Source: Raillietiella orientalis (lineage: Eukaryota). From it: a stretch of 64,000 bases of DNA. Each line of letters starts with the position of its first letter. Within the stretch, counting starts at the first letter, position 1. The notes below the pieces were generated by a model that ran no database searches, had not been told where the DNA came from, and was given only the letters and a program-made list of their open reading frames with translations. Shown here one piece after another: positions 1 through 14,700 of the stretch. The position numbers and the translations under genes were made by a program. The stretch spans positions 558,001 to 622,000 of the forward strand of contig JAYWIR010000042.1 of NCBI GenBank assembly GCA_036172245.1, in the 5' to 3' direction.

Positions 1-930
1 TCCACGGAGTCTCCTCTCTCCAAGATGAGATGCCGGTACGAGATAATGCGATACTTCTCACTCGAGAGATGAAAACTTGATCACTGTGATTTTTTTTACA
101 TACAAGGGTATGCAGTATGGGATCCGAGAGAATGCACTGCTGTTTTCATCCAACTGCGTTTTGAGAAAGAGGTCAGCAAGATGATTTGTCCTGGGAAATC
201 CTGTGCTTGAGGATGGATAACTTATCTCGCTCAAGCAGAAGATTTCTCATTCATTCTGTTTCCAGTCTTCTCAGGGATGCATCCAATTTGCATCATCATT
301 TTCTTTTTCCAATGTTTTCGGGGAAGGATCTGATTATCATTTTTTCTTCAGTCCTTAGCCTTTATCAGAATTCCTCGTTTCTAAAGCTTTTCCTCTGAAG
401 GGAACGAAAGTTACAGCCATCTTTTCCTTCCCAAATTGCCAAGGATTTCGTCTGTCCACGTGAATGGACAAAGGGCCACACAAATGTTTCCTTGAGCGTC
501 ATTTTAGTGCTTCGAAGTGTGAATTTCAAATTGGAATTTTGCTAAAGTTAAGTGCTGAAGTAGTAAAGCGGAGAATTGGTGTGGAGGGACCTGAGATAAG
601 GCACTCTCTCTCTGTATGGTCTTCATGGTATGAAGAAGGAGGCATTTCATGCTGCGTTATGCTTCCACGACGAATTTCAATCCACTGATAAATGGAAACT
701 TGCTGGATTGCATCTTTGTAAGTGCTCTTAGAAGTTGCATTTTAATTTTTGCATCTCCCATTCAGGCACGGTTTTCTTCCCGAATGAATGAAGAGAAAGA
801 GCATGCTCTTTCTCTTCAAGAGTCGTACAGTCTTGAAGGTTCCCATATTTGAATGTGCCTTCATTTTCACGAGGACGCAGAGTCACTTTTAAATTTATTT
901 ATTTTTTTCGCTCAAGGTATTTTCACGACA

Positions 931-1122
931 TCAAGATGATGTACTTTTTCGTTCTGCACTATCAGTAATTCCACTGTCTCTTTCATATTCGTCATTGCAC
1001 ATTCCCAAGAGAAGGAGGCCCTGTCGTAAGAAGAACCCAATATCGGTTATCCGTACGAGTTTCCTCTTTGGCAAACCATGTGAATGACAATCAATCAGAG
1101 TATTTTTAATTATCCTGAACAT
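931..1122 (-). mobile_element. Possible highly decayed LINE RT fragment
   Basis: NTLIDCHSHGLPKRK...IGFF loosely resembles NLIxxxQHGFxKGRS...LLEFF; only a single motif. Confidence 0.25.
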
Positions 1123-2924
1123 TCGAGATTAAGTGTCACTTCACGGAATCACACAATTACTTGTTTTGGAAGTGCTTCCCACATCTGAAAATCAGCCAGT
1201 GGACCGCTTCATCCCGACGACCCTCGCATAAGTTGCTGGATCCATCAACAGCAAACGAGGATGAATAAAGAAATGTTTTGTTTCATGTCAGTAATGTAAC
1301 AGTGATGACAGATGGAGGGAATTCATGGACGCTGTTTTTGAAGCTCGAGAATGATCCAAGGAGAACGGAAAAGTTTAGAGCAAAAGGATGAGGGAAACTG
1401 AGTGAGAGCACATCGTGGAATTGAAAGACCTGAAAGAAACTTGGTTTCCTTTTTGGCTATTAAGGGATCAAACAGAGCATCTCTCCCTTATGAGAGGATC
1501 TTTAATGCGTTCTTATGTAAATTGGTCCGAGCTTCAAATGATTTTTTCAAAAAAATATTGCGTTTATAAAAGTCAAGAGGGATGGAAATCAGTTTGAATT
1601 TGCATCCGTTCATCATTTCACGCAGCATCCCAACGCAGCGTGTGCTATTTGATTCGTGCTCACTCGAGTTTTGCAATTCATCACGAACGAAGAATTTCTT
1701 GGCATTTGAGGATGCTCCTGAGTGTCTCAAAAGTTGGAAGAGCTGATCGATAATTGATGCTACCAAAAAGCTTCAAATTCATCCGAGAAGCCCGGGATGC
1801 TGAGCTTTCCTGCACGTAGGCATGTGGCGTGGCATAGCTCGAATTCTTGAGATCTTCGATTTCGTGGATGACAGGTCAACGTGGCTCCGTTCGAGGAATC
1901 GAGAATTTCCTTTTTTCCTACGAGAAGATTTGATTGGGATCTCTCTTCTGTGTTTCCAGGCGACCATTCTGCCTTTCCTGACCAAAGCTTATATAAATAA
2001 AACACGAAAACACAGGAATCCTTCGGTTAAGAAGACAGGAAGATAACCGCATAGGGCGTTCTCTCCGATGGTATTTGGACCACGCAGAGTAAAGCAATTC
2101 TGATGGTGATCCCAGGCCCCAAAATTTCGAGCAGTTTTTTCAGAAAGGTATGAACCGTTCGCTTATTTCTCCGGGCTCGGTCCTGGTTAATGTCACGGCA
2201 GCAGAGTGTCATCTTCCACTCTCTGAGAATCTCCAGCTTCGTGCAGAGAATTCCAAGGTTCCTTTCAGATCTTAATTACTCTTGGCGGACGGAGATAGAA
2301 AGCTGATTAACAGATCAAAGGAATCTAGGGGATCCAAGAGGAATTCAAGATTGCGGATTCCTCGTGGCGGTGATGCGTCCAACTCCTTTCGAAACTTTCC
2401 ATAAACTCCTTGATGAAGCCTCTACGCTCTCAATGAATGGACCTCGATGTTTCCTCCCATCTGATTTCACGTTGCTTACATCGCGCGCTTCCCACCGTTG
2501 CTTTGATGAGGACGAACGCACGCTGATTTTCCCTTTGTCCCTGCCACTCTCGGGCCTCTAATTCAGGCTTTGCTCTTTCGGTAGAAGTATTGGGATAGAG
2601 GATTTCAAGGAACGAGAATGGAGGACATGAAGATTGGAATTTTCTGGAGGTCTCAAACAAGGAAAGCAGTTTTTGGGAATATGGAAAGGAGGATCCAGAA
2701 AGAACGAAGAGCAGCTTGAAAAGAGAAAGGAAACGAAACGAAATCCCGTTTCCAGGCTCCCTCGACACAGGACGAAAAGCAATGAGGGAAGTACGGAGCT
2801 GGTCTGTTGTAGGGAGAATCCACATAGGAGGAAAACTGTTCCTTCGAAGGTTTAGCGCCTTCATGCAGAGAAGAGGACGAAACCTTTTTACCTTGGATCA
2901 TGAGTGTGAGGTCGCAGAGGAATC

Positions 2925-3161
2925 TCTGGACAACCGATGAGAGGACAAGTATCTGCTACCGCAAGCAGTGGAGTGCGTCTCTCTTGATCCTTCTGCGACG
3001 ATGCTCCAGGTCACCTCGAGTGTAAATCCAGGAGCCTCATCAAAGCCGTATCTCCTGGATTTACACTCGAGGTGACCTGGAGCATCGTCGCAGAAGGATT
3101 AAGAGAGACGCACTCCACTGCTTGTGGTAGCAGATACTTGTCCTCTCATCGGTTGTCCAGA
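2925..3161. repeat. Long near-perfect inverted repeat (110-bp arms, 17-bp spacer)
   Basis: 2925-3034 is the reverse complement of 3052-3161 with two differences, both G:T on the plus strand. Confidence 0.97.
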
Positions 3162-6100
3162 AAGCAGCAATCGGCTGTGAAGGCTCTGAATCCATCTTGG
3201 CAGCCTTCCCCCGAAGTGGGCTTCAGGATTTCACGTGTCACGGGAGTACCAATCTGCACGCCTTCGAACCGTTCGAACTTCCCAGCGTGAGGAACCTCCT
3301 TGATTTGGGAACGCGTCAGGATTCAACATATGCGGCGCCATGTAACAGAAAGAGGAAACTGTCGTCGTTGTCCTTGAATTGCATCAAGGATCGGGTTCGT
3401 AGTGCTTCCTAGGGCAGCCACTGCAACTTTCACGGTAACGGAGTAACGGCAACCTGCCTTACTAAAAGTCGCCTTGAACATTTGAGCTTGCCACCTGCGG
3501 AAAATTTAGAAACACGTGCTCCTATGGAAAAGGCATGCTCGGATGCTTTGCGAAAGACATGTGATTTCGGTGCGTATCCATAGCTTCCAAACAATAGCAT
3601 CGGATGGAATAAGGATATCTGTATTTTGATTCGAAACGAAATTTCACTACATGAGTCAGAGACCCATGATCATGGTGTCTGCTGAAGGATTGCAAGGAGC
3701 GAAATGAGCTACGTTAGGCAAAGACACCATTCCTAAGAACGCTGCTCAACTCTTGCAGCTTGATAGTTATTCTAAGGAGCTCCGAAGTATTCTCATTCTC
3801 CAAAATTGTTTTCGATACGGGTTTCAAGGGAGCGTTGTCCACAAGGACGGGAATCAGGATGCGCTGCTGGAAGCAGAAGGCTCGCCTTTCCTACAAACAA
3901 GGGAACACTTTCTTTGGTATCCCTGTTCTAGATGAGAATCTGACTCCTCAAAAGAATCCTGAACCCCATCCCAGCGCAGGTTCCTCGCGAAATTTCGCTG
4001 AAGAAAGATTGTATCATCCTTATTTGACTTCTCTGCTCACGTTCCAAATCGCTAGATGGAAAATCCTGCTGGTCACAGCTTCTCTCGCGGTTGCATTTCC
4101 GAAGAGAATAAGAACAGGGGAGTGTTTCACTTTTCGGGCCTTCTCCTTCTCTCCGCTCCTGTCTTCGCGACCACTGACAAAATTTCTCGATCCTCAGCAT
4201 TCCGAAGGACAGCGAAAAATTTCAGCCTGTTCTCATCTGGAACAGGAAAAACAATACGGAGTCTCCATCTTTCATCGGGATCGAGATCGCAAACATCCCG
4301 TTCGTCTCACAATATGTCGCTCCATCCTTTCCGTACTTGCTACTAATGAAGTCTGCCTTGTGGAGGATCTCGATTTTTCATGGAAGGCTCTGGAGCATCC
4401 CGAAATCTCTTCAGGAAACATGTTAGCAGAGTGCCTCAGTTTGAAACTCAATGAATCCACATCCAATCATTTAGCGGGGCCTTGCTGAACTCTTCGTGTC
4501 TGAATCAGAGCACCCAATCGATAGCATTTGAGCCAATTTTTAATGAGTGTTTGCTTTTCGTTTGCTTTTTGTATCAGCCTTTTCCGTGCTCTGAGTTTGA
4601 GAAACTTCGAGGCAAGCAAAAGGCTGATTGCTGACATCGAAGAGTCGCTCGGTTCCCATTCTTCTTTGCGTTCTTCCTCCTCTTGGCTTCATTTGTATAA
4701 CGATCGAATCCCTGAAAAACTAGCCGATCCTTGATTATCCCGAGGTTTCATTCAGATGTTCTGGTTGGAGCGAGCCGTTTGCGAAACTCCGCATGGAGTT
4801 CCATACATTTTGGCGCAGCCTGGAGTCCTTGCAGTAGTCGAACGGCAAAAAATCCAGCCAGAATCAAATATCCGAGGTGCCAATGCAAATTACGAAACCT
4901 CCACCTGAAGCATATCATCACTCTGCCTACCTCTTTGGCTGCTAAGCGCGCGGTTGCTCACTTCATCAATCTTCCAGCAAACCGAAAAACCTGCAATGCA
5001 CTTAGGTGTGCCCGTTATGGGGGATAAAACTCCCTCAAAAGGAATGCTTTCCTTTTTGGCGCTTCGGCATCTGGCTGTAAGTCTTCTTGAACATCTGGAA
5101 AAATCCCTGTTGAGTAGATGCTGCAGCTTGGTTTTCGAATCTCATAGCTGCTGCAACTATGGAAACCGGCTCCTGGAAGCAAATGCCCTGATTTTTTCAA
5201 AGACCACAAACAAAATGGAAAAGATGGAAAACTAGCTTCTTTGCAGAGTTATCTCCCTTGCAAAACCGGCACTCTCTTCTCCTGCTGAGGTGATTCTCAG
5301 CATCTTTCAGTGACGCCGCCTTATGAGTTTCATCAAAGTTTACTCTTCGTAGGATCCCGTTCTTCTGGCTTGGCTTGAAGCAGTTTGCAGGTCTTTTCAA
5401 GACCACTGAGCGAAATGATGCGTTTAAGGGAGGACCGATGCTGCCATGTTGCTGGCAGGGCAGCTACCTGATTTGCCCCCTAACGTGAAGCTCAGATTTT
5501 TCCAGCCTCCACTGCAACCTTTGTGTGCAATCCTAAAGCATTTGAGAACTCTCAACTTCTTAGGAAAGACATGTTATCAATAATTTTTACTCAGTTTTGT
5601 ACTTCTTCCCTAAATTTTATTTCATTGGAAAGTTCCCATTTTTTCCAAGTGGTGAGAGTTCATGGAGTCTGTACTCGGTAGCCTGCTTTGCGTTTGAGAT
5701 GAATAACTTCATAATACTTTCATTAATAAGCATATCCATATTAGGCAGGAAGGTACTATATAGGATGAATGACACTCGCAGCTACAGCGTATGAGTATAT
5801 TAATATGCATCGAAGATCCAATGGAAAGAGCTTCTTCTGCTATGAATGTTTTTTTTTTTTCAAACGAATGCACTCTGCTCAACTTGCAAACGCAGTTGAT
5901 TTCGCATTCAGCAAAAGTAAATGAAAAATTTTCCTGGTTCCCTTCTGAAAAAAGAGTTTCCTGAGAAAGAAACGGCTTACGCAGACTTGGGCTATGAGCA
6001 AAAAGAGTTCGCACCATCGGAAATGATAAATTACCTGAGATCTTGTTCCCTTGAACTTTCATCATTTGAAGCTACTACAAATTTCAGATCACAGCCAATA

Positions 6101-8412
6101 CGGCAAAGTCAGTAGCATTTGTCAATTTGGTCCGTACTTGTTCTCCTGCTATCGAAAACAATCAATACGCACAGCATCCCTTATCTTATGGTTTCCAAAC
6201 TTTTATGTATTCAGTTATCCATTCCAGTTTCAACACTAATATTTCCAGCTATTGCCATCTAAGTATCCATTAACCCTTTCCTACGCCAGAGTAACAGTTG
6301 TGGGACACAGTGATGGTTAACTTTTAAAAATGAACCCAAAAAAGTAAGACCACAATTTTCATCATCAGCGAGTTCATCGGGTTAAGAACTTCAAGGCTCA
6401 AAGTGCTCAAGAAAAAATAAATTCCGTAAAGCATATCGCGGTAAGTGCGCTTATTGCCCCTCTGGGCGATGGAAATTTATTCCGAGAAGTCAACTCGTCT
6501 TCTCCTCTTTTCATCTGAGCAACGCTTCCATCAACGTTCCTTCCACGCCTCAGGGTTCCTGGTGCACCTATTATTTTCCTTATTCATCCAGTGCCTTTCC
6601 AGCATTTACTCACTTTGTTAATAGAATCGTGACACAGAGTCTAATTTAGGATATCGGTTGCGTTCCGAAGGAAGAACTGTTTTGGACAAAAATAAATAAA
6701 AGAATAAGAAGGAGACAGGAGACAAGGAGCATCTCTTGTGAGACGAAACAGCCATGGAGAAGCAGCCATACCATTCATGCAAGCTGATGAGGGAATCGTT
6801 TTTGAGGTAATCCACTGAAATCCAGCAGGATTTCCACGTTCGGGGAGAGTACAGAGCATCCTAATTGAACTGCAATTGCTAGGGCGCCGCAGCAGACTAC
6901 ATGAGCGCTAGAAAGGTCATGAATGATTTTAGGGACATGCTCTCAGCTCATAAACTAATAGAAACTTCAGATTATTCTTCCTGATATCTCTTTCTGCTTT
7001 GAAGTAAACAAGCATTATCATCGATGATGATTAGGCGGACTGTTTGCGCAGCTGATGAGAAAATGCTATTTGCAATCGAACTCTGGAAGGACTCTGTCAT
7101 GAGTGAGTGGTGCTCAGGATAAAGTGGTCCAGCTTGCATGGGAATTCGCAACTTCGCACTCAGAGATCATCCGGGAAGTGCCCAATGAGAACGCAAATGT
7201 TCGTTCTGGGCAAAAGGTGCACCACTCGCACCTCAGGATCGGTGTGATCCTGGCAAAACATTACGGATCGAAGGATAATTCCTCTCAAAGTACGATGCCA
7301 ACAGCCTGAGTTTCCTTGCGAAGCTGGGAGATAATCACCGAGACAGACGTTATTTGTAGGAAGGAAGTTCACTTCAAGAATGCCTACCGAGAGCATAAAT
7401 CTACAAATCATGGGATGTGGAGTCCAATGAGAAGAATGATCACTTAGTTGAGGTGAAACTGGACCAAAGCTCTCAAAATGAAGAGTTCCATTTGAAATGA
7501 ATGTCAAAAGAATGAAACGCTCAGCAGCAAGTTCCGAGAGCTCAAGGAGGAGCTCAGAACTGAACCGCTAATCTTTCGAAGAGCCATCGAGATGTAACTC
7601 CCGCCTCCCCCAAAAATAAGAGGTTTCCGGAAATTGATGATTAAAGCACTGATTTCCGTAATAATTAATGGCAAAGTATTTTTATCAAAGTTTCAGAGCA
7701 GTTGTTAGGTGCCCAGCTAACTTCTCTTCAACTTTACTTTCCGCAGGTCCTGTTTTCATCAGTCCTTGATCTCTTCAGATTATTTCGTTGTGATCGAAAA
7801 CAGAAAAAGATGCGCACTTTGTGGCAAAATGATCCATAATCCGGCGGGAATCAAAGTCACCACTAAAGCAGGAATGCAAACACATTCCTTAGCATGTCTT
7901 CCAGGCTCCAGGATTCGAATTCTGATCTTAGAGATCACTACCGAAACCAGTAATGAAAGCGGTTATAATTCGCAAAAGGACTATCCTAAGAAACTTTTGC
8001 TTCCCTTACAACTCCTCAGCGTCAGGAGCATCAGGGTCGGGAAGCACTTTTCAGCATTCTTCAGAATGGAGATCTGATGCTCGCCGCCTTTACACCGACC
8101 TGCGCCGGATTTTACCAATTGAATAAGATACACCGAAATTGCGCAATTTTGATTTCAATTATGGGTCTCCTGAACGAAGTGGAAGCATCTCTGACAGCTG
8201 AGGCCTTTTTTCTTGGTTTCTTAAGCCTCTTGAGCTCCTTGCTTTACATAGCTGAAAGTGCGACTCAGCATTTCCGCTTTAGAAAGTATACTCGACACAA
8301 CACTCATAAAGCATTCTGATCTTTTCCAAATAGAAGTCATTCGTCATGATGAAAAGTTACCACAGTAGCAGATTCCTCGCATCCTAATCAGATTACTGTT
8401 TGCTCAATCAAA

Positions 8413-8840
8413 TTAAGTATGTTCAGGGTGTTTTTCGTCAGAGAGATGAAGCACCCTAGTCCCATTTCGGTCCCTATTGCTCCATACCATCCTCGCATGC
8501 TTTGCGTACTGCAATGATTTTATTTTTTTTCCTGTGATGAACTTCCTGTAGATAAACTTTGAAGTTAACTGGGCGCAAGCTCCGAACCTCATTCTCGGAA
8601 GACGATAAAGCAAAAGGCTCATTGCTGATAAAGAGGAACATAGCCGCAGCCTCCTTCCATTGGGAGCAATGTAGATCTAGGTCAAAGAAGGTCGGAATAG
8701 GTGATTAGCGCAGTCGCATGCAACATGCAGCGAAGAGAAGAAGAAGACTCAACACAGAAATCCAACTCTATTCTCAGAACTCCTTGAAGGTCCAGGACTT
8801 GGAGAAAAGTGTCTCGCTTCATTTCTTTACGTTCATCAGC
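8413..8840 (-). mobile_element. Decayed CR1/Jockey-like LINE ORF2 fragment (region preceding the RT core)
   Basis: Frameshifted but ordered motifs PSPGP, HLFRPSL, QWKEA, VPLYQ and LTSK resemble LINE KSPGPD...IFxxSL...WKxAxVxPIxK...LTS. Confidence 0.5.
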
Positions 8841-11279
8841 ATTTCACCCTTTTCCCACCTTACGGATTCCTCCCCCGCTTTCCCCTTCATCTGAATTTTC
8901 ACTTTTCTTTCTTTCTTCAATGGTGATTTAATTTATCTCCAACTCACAGAGATAGCTATCACACATTAATCACCTTCGTCATTGATTATCTCTCTCGATA
9001 ACTGAATTTATTTTCTTGAATTTAATCTGATCTGCTAGCTGTAAGACATGTACGCTCACATGGGAAAGGTCCCTTTAGAATGAGATGCAACCATGAAAAT
9101 TCTAATAATTTTACGCCATAGCGCTGGTACATGGTTTTGGTCTTCCATGGATGTATAGATATCCAACTTTGACCAGTGGAACCCTGTAAAATTGTGAACC
9201 ACAGGGTGCATTCAGGTTTTTGAAAACACCCAGCAAATAACTCAATACAGCTGGAAGTTGACATTTGTACAAGGAACAGATCACAAACCAAAAGCGTGAT
9301 TCAAATCGTACAATCAACCTCGAACCCCCGGTTCAAATCATTTTTGAGAAATACACGCAAATCCTTCGACTTCCATCTCCTCGAGGATTCTAATCCACCC
9401 ATGAGATTGTGCTGTTACCAGGGACACGAACAGAAAGGAAGCTTCTAGTGAACAGTCTGCATCCTAGCAACGCTTTATCTCTTTCTAAAGGAGCTCGCTA
9501 TCCATTGCTGAGTTTTATCTCTATGTAGTAGACGAGTTGAAGGAAAGGAACTTCACAGTGGAATGGTGAACATTCCCATGTAATGCTTATGAATAAGGAA
9601 GGCGACCTGTTTCTTCGGGTTACACATTCACTTGCTTCTCTGAGCGGTGTGCTAATATCAGTGGCATTGAGAATTCTATCAAAGACTGATAGCAGAAAAA
9701 CTCGTTTGTGTGCAGATGTTCATTATGTGATGGAAGTGGTTTGATCATATTTCACTTTTACTAGCCAAATGTATATATACAACCCTGCGATGAATGGAGT
9801 AGCAAGTCCGAAACGGTAGTCGACTTGGCACTGAGATCACTCCTGAAACATCCATCAGCAAATTGGTACTTGCTTCAATCTGTGCTCCTTGCCTTATTTC
9901 ATCTCTGGCTTGCTCTGCATCCAGTGAGCTGGAATGCCGCCCTCGGCTTCCGAGACCACTGGACTTTCGTCCCTTTGGAGTACAAAAAAAATTTGCCGCC
10001 AAAAACTAATCCTGTTGAGAAACTGTTAAGGAATATGCAAATCAACTTCTCTTGAATCGACTTCGTTCCACTTTTCGGAAGCACCGACGGAGTGGAAGGA
10101 AGTTTTGCTTACCACTTACAAGCGACCGGGAGACCCGAGAATCTCGGAATGAAATTTCATAGTCAGCAGCGCATTCGGAAGCCGATGCACGTGGTCGAGT
10201 ATGGTGGGTGATGTGTGGATGTGTGGAAGGACCGTATAGATCCCACCTTCCAAGATCCCACGCGGGCGAAATTTTTCAAACACAATCTTGCAAGCACGTT
10301 TTGATTGACCTCGTAGTTGCGGCTATTGCGCGAGGTCGTCTTCCATCCTTCAGGGGAAGCGTCGACGTCAACGACACCAATGCTTCCACGAACATGGCTT
10401 CCGCCTTCCACAGAGAACCGTTAGCTCCCCAAGCCACTGGAGTAGGAACGATTCGCCATAAAAGAATTGCTTTCTAATTCATAGAGGTCAGCAATCAACA
10501 CTACATTTAATACCTGCACACTTGACCGCATACGTTATCATTCAAGTGCTCTTGATGTTCTGTCCTGCTGATGCTCGATGAGGTCCGATTTTGCTGTGGC
10601 AGAGTGCGCTTTTCATTTTCAAATCGCGCTCATCTTGAAGTCAAATTGAGAATGAGTTGTTGAATGCCATTCTGTTATGAATTCGCAATTCGAGATCAGT
10701 TTCTGCTTACGACCCCAATTTCGTGCTTTCCATTTAGGGATGGTGACTGTGACATCTCTGAAATGCCTTTCTTACGAAACGCGACGATCCAACTACTGAC
10801 CTGGAGTTTACACTCTTCTTTCTGGTAAGTTCTGATGACAGCTCTTGGAAGCACGCGTCTTCACGCCATTCTTTTTTAGCCCCCATTCTACAAGAAGCCC
10901 TCGACTCAGTTTCACATCGTGGTAGGTAAACATTTCAACCACCGATCTGGTAAAACGAGGACGCTCTCTACGGGGCAACCGTCTGAGGTATCTGAGATAC
11001 CAAAAAAAAATATCACTGAGCGTTTGTACAAATTTACGTGCCCACCGAGAGTAGTTTTCTCACTCTGTACCGTAGTACTGCTGCATTGACGCAAAATTTC
11101 CCATTTGAGTCCTGAGAAATTGAGCAGTGCGCTCAATCTAAGCGTTTCCATGTCATCCATATAAGTGTGGGATCGCCCTCTTCACGTCGTGTCATTCCAT
11201 TTCCATCAATCAGAGTTTCGATTCTGCATCAGCCTTCAGGAAGGTTCCTTTGACGACCGAATATACCACCCAACACACA

Positions 11280-11710
11280 CAGCTAGTAATTAGAAATATT
11301 TGACAGTATGGGAGTCCTCATGGGAGTTACCTTTGGTCACGTAACACGAAAACGATGGCATAATGTGGAAGATCACATTCCAATTGGTTTGCATGTGTGT
11401 TTTTTACCCGTTTGGAACACATGTGTTGCGCACAAACTAGGGGGATTCCTTCATAGGGGAAACGCATTAGGAATTATAAATATGGATGCCAGCTAATAAG
11501 TTTGAATCACTTGATGGAATCTCAAGAACGAATTTATGCAAAAAACTGGAATACCTTGGAAAGCACATCAGACGAACTGAGGAGATCCATATTGGTAACC
11601 TATTATTCCTGTTGCGGACAAACATATTCATCAGCAGAGTATTTGCAATTCCATGCCTCTTGAGAGTCGGTTACCTGGAAATCAAATCGATGCAAGGAAA
11701 GACAGCATAG
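11280..11710 (+). mobile_element. Decayed CR1-like LINE reverse transcriptase fragment
   Basis: LHVCFLPVWNTCV...LHRGNALGIINMDAS then KF...NLCKKLEYLG resembles QHGFxxGRSC...LDxGxxVDxIYLDFSKAFD...LLxKLxxxG, with stops and frameshifts. Confidence 0.5.
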
Positions 11711-14700
11711 AAACGTGGAGTGAGAAGTAAGCGCATGATGACTTTGAAATGATCTCCTCGAATGTTCCCAAACTGAAGCAAAGCCATGTGTTCCAACAGG
11801 TAATTGCTAGAACTCAGTTAAAGTAGCCTTTCCTGATGGGAAGCAATTTGGTGCATGTTGATTCCAAGAGGAGAGCGTTTTTCTCAAGTATGAGGAAAAC
11901 ACCTATTCCAGAAAAAAAAAAAAAAAAAAGGTACCTTCTCAAGCTTTCAGAAACCTTGGAAGTGACTGAGATCGCACAAAGTATTCTTTTAGCTGGTGAG
12001 CTGCAATTAACGTCATTATTATCTCCTTGCGAATTCCATCCATAAAAGAAAGGAGAGAATTTTCTTTTTCTGTCTCGATTTACCTGTCTACATGGAAGAT
12101 CGAAAAATCGGAACCATCGGGATGTCCCATCAGGAGGGATTGAAAAGCTGAACAGCAACCAACCTCTGCTCCACAAGGGTCAGTGGCCGAGGGGGAAACG
12201 CTGAGTATAAATTTTTCCAAGCTTCCTTTCGGGGCATGAGAAGGATGCTCTTGACGTTAGGAATAGCACCATGTGAGATCTCACGTTTCCACTCAGCTGC
12301 AGCCGGAAAAACACAGAAGAAGAAAACCATGTTTGAAAATGCCCATTTCCACGATTTTGAAATGATTTCGGCAGCATTACATTTTTCCAAGTTTCCACGA
12401 GAGAGCGATTCGTTAAAGCGACTTTTCTAAAAGCTTTTCCCATTTCATGTAATACACAGCGACCTGCATCTCCTACGTGTGAGTTTTGGCGTACCCTTAA
12501 GGGAATTCCAAGAGACACAAGATAGGGAGCTTCCGTTTGAAGGAGCACCAAACATCCCTTAACTATTTGTTTTCGGTGCAAAAGCAGAGTCTGTTCCGGA
12601 ATGAAGCAACGGTTTGAAAAAACGGATACGACTAGGTGTCCCTAGCATTGGACACCTCCTGAAAGCACTCTGCTATTTCGTGTTGGCTCATGAAAGAGAA
12701 GGGCTTACGATTTCTCATCGAAGAATGCATGGCTTCCTTTTTTGGTTCGAAGACGAATTCACTCGACAGTTCCAAGAGACTCGAGTCCTATAAAGTACCA
12801 GTTGGGTGCACCCGTTCTTTTTCCCAAGTTTTGGTTATGACATCCAAAATCAATCTTCCGGTACACCACATAGTAGCGAAGGACACGTGGCACCGCATCA
12901 AGAAGCAAGGATGCAGCTGAGAAGCTTGCTTCTTTAGTGAACCATGATAAAATGGACCAGTGCTTCCAGAGCTCATGTGTCCTCCCTATGGCTGCAAATG
13001 GCGGTAATCCGAATCTTTAAAATGCATCTGCAGTTCATGCAAATCGGGCTAGCAGAATACAAAAGAGCTGAACAATTAATAAACAAAAGCCTCATGAAGA
13101 AGAATGAAAAACAAAGAAATGCGTGTGTTCAACTGACGTGTTCAACATTCGAACAGAATGTCGGTAAGCCAAAGGTGTCAGCAAACGAGTCGATGGAAAC
13201 AGAAATGAATTTGTGGTGGAACGGGATCGATCTCACGAGTTATTTGAAGACTGGGTGATGGTCACGGATGTTTTCGGGCTCTGCCACGGAAGCAGACTTT
13301 ATCTCCCGATTCTTCCATTGAGATCTGCGAGTGATTGTGAGCATTTCAGGCAACCCAAGCCGTTCTCATCTCTCGTGCATGATCCATTTTCTCATCATCA
13401 TCTTTGGTTTCAGAGAGCGCACGACGAAGTGCGATGCAGTCCTTTCACATCTTCTCACGGTTAATCAAAACCATTACACTCCGTTGTTCCTGTTGTCCTG
13501 TTGATTGAGGGGATAATTTCTTGAAAGCTCAGCGAGAATGACTCTTCGGATTTCAACAGATTGGAAACATTTCCGTAGAAGACACCCAAAGGAATTCGAT
13601 TTTCACCATCACAATTCTCTCATACGTACGAAAAGAAAAGTGACATTATTCTGCATCAAGATGAGCCTGCTCTGCGACCATCCGCCTAAAAGATTTTCAA
13701 ACGTCTCCTTTGATATTTAGAAGGTAACTTTCCTCTGAGGACTCTCGGGAGAGCGAAATCAGAATCCCTTCTTCTATCATCAGCCCATGGTTCTCTTTGT
13801 GAGAATCCACCGCACTTGCAGTTTACCAGTCTGAAGAGAACGAGAAAACCGGAAACTCATAATTCCTCTAATTGAAAAAAAAACTTCCACTTTGGAAGTT
13901 GCTGCCATGGTAGTTCTTCGCATAAAGGTGCGTAACTTGGTTGGAGTCAAATAGTCGCCTCAAAATCACTGCAATGGTTACTACCAAAAGCAACACTTCA
14001 ACACGAAACATCAACGAACAAAATGATACAGATGATGGAAAGTGAGCACCGAAGGTCACAAACCAATACGCTGGGCTGCGACGGTCCCCGACATTTTTCA
14101 TCTGTAATTCTGTTGGAATGATTCGCAACCTGAAACCGGCAGTGCTGATTCCAAACCTCGTTATAGACTTCGGTAAGGAAAGCTCGTGGAGAGCTCTCTA
14201 GCAAGCAATAAAAACAAGGAACTCTCAGGCCTCCCCCCCCTTATAGTTACGTAAGGACCTGAAACGTGGATAAGCTAAATTAGAAAAGCGTCCGGACGTT
14301 GGTTTCCTCTTAATTTAGAATGAAATTCATACCACCGGTGTCGGCGAGGATGTGCAAAAAATTCGAAACAACACGAAGTTTCGTCAAGAGGGAGCATCCT
14401 GAGGCTGAGAAACTGAGCTGCATCAAGCTAGCGCTTGCCGGGATGGAAGAATCCATTGCTCCTACCTGTGGATCATGCTGCCTGTTACTGCACGCTGTTT
14501 CCCAATGAGCTCTATGGACACTCATTCTCTGTTTCCCATTTGTTTCCGCTCATGCGGTGTTGCGTTCCTTATGAGCATCTCTGCAGCCTGGAAGTTGACC
14601 CACCGGCTCAGTCTTCCTTGCATTCTGGTGATTTGCCTCGAGGTTCGTGTTTCCTTGGCATCTCCGCAAGTGTACATACGGCTGTCTTAAATGCTTCTTG

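Noticed and set aside
6783..7100. CTGATGAG hammerhead-like cores near 6784 and 7052 (also minus strand near 23860 and 28234)
   Set aside because: No correctly placed stem II + GAAA + stem III/UH.
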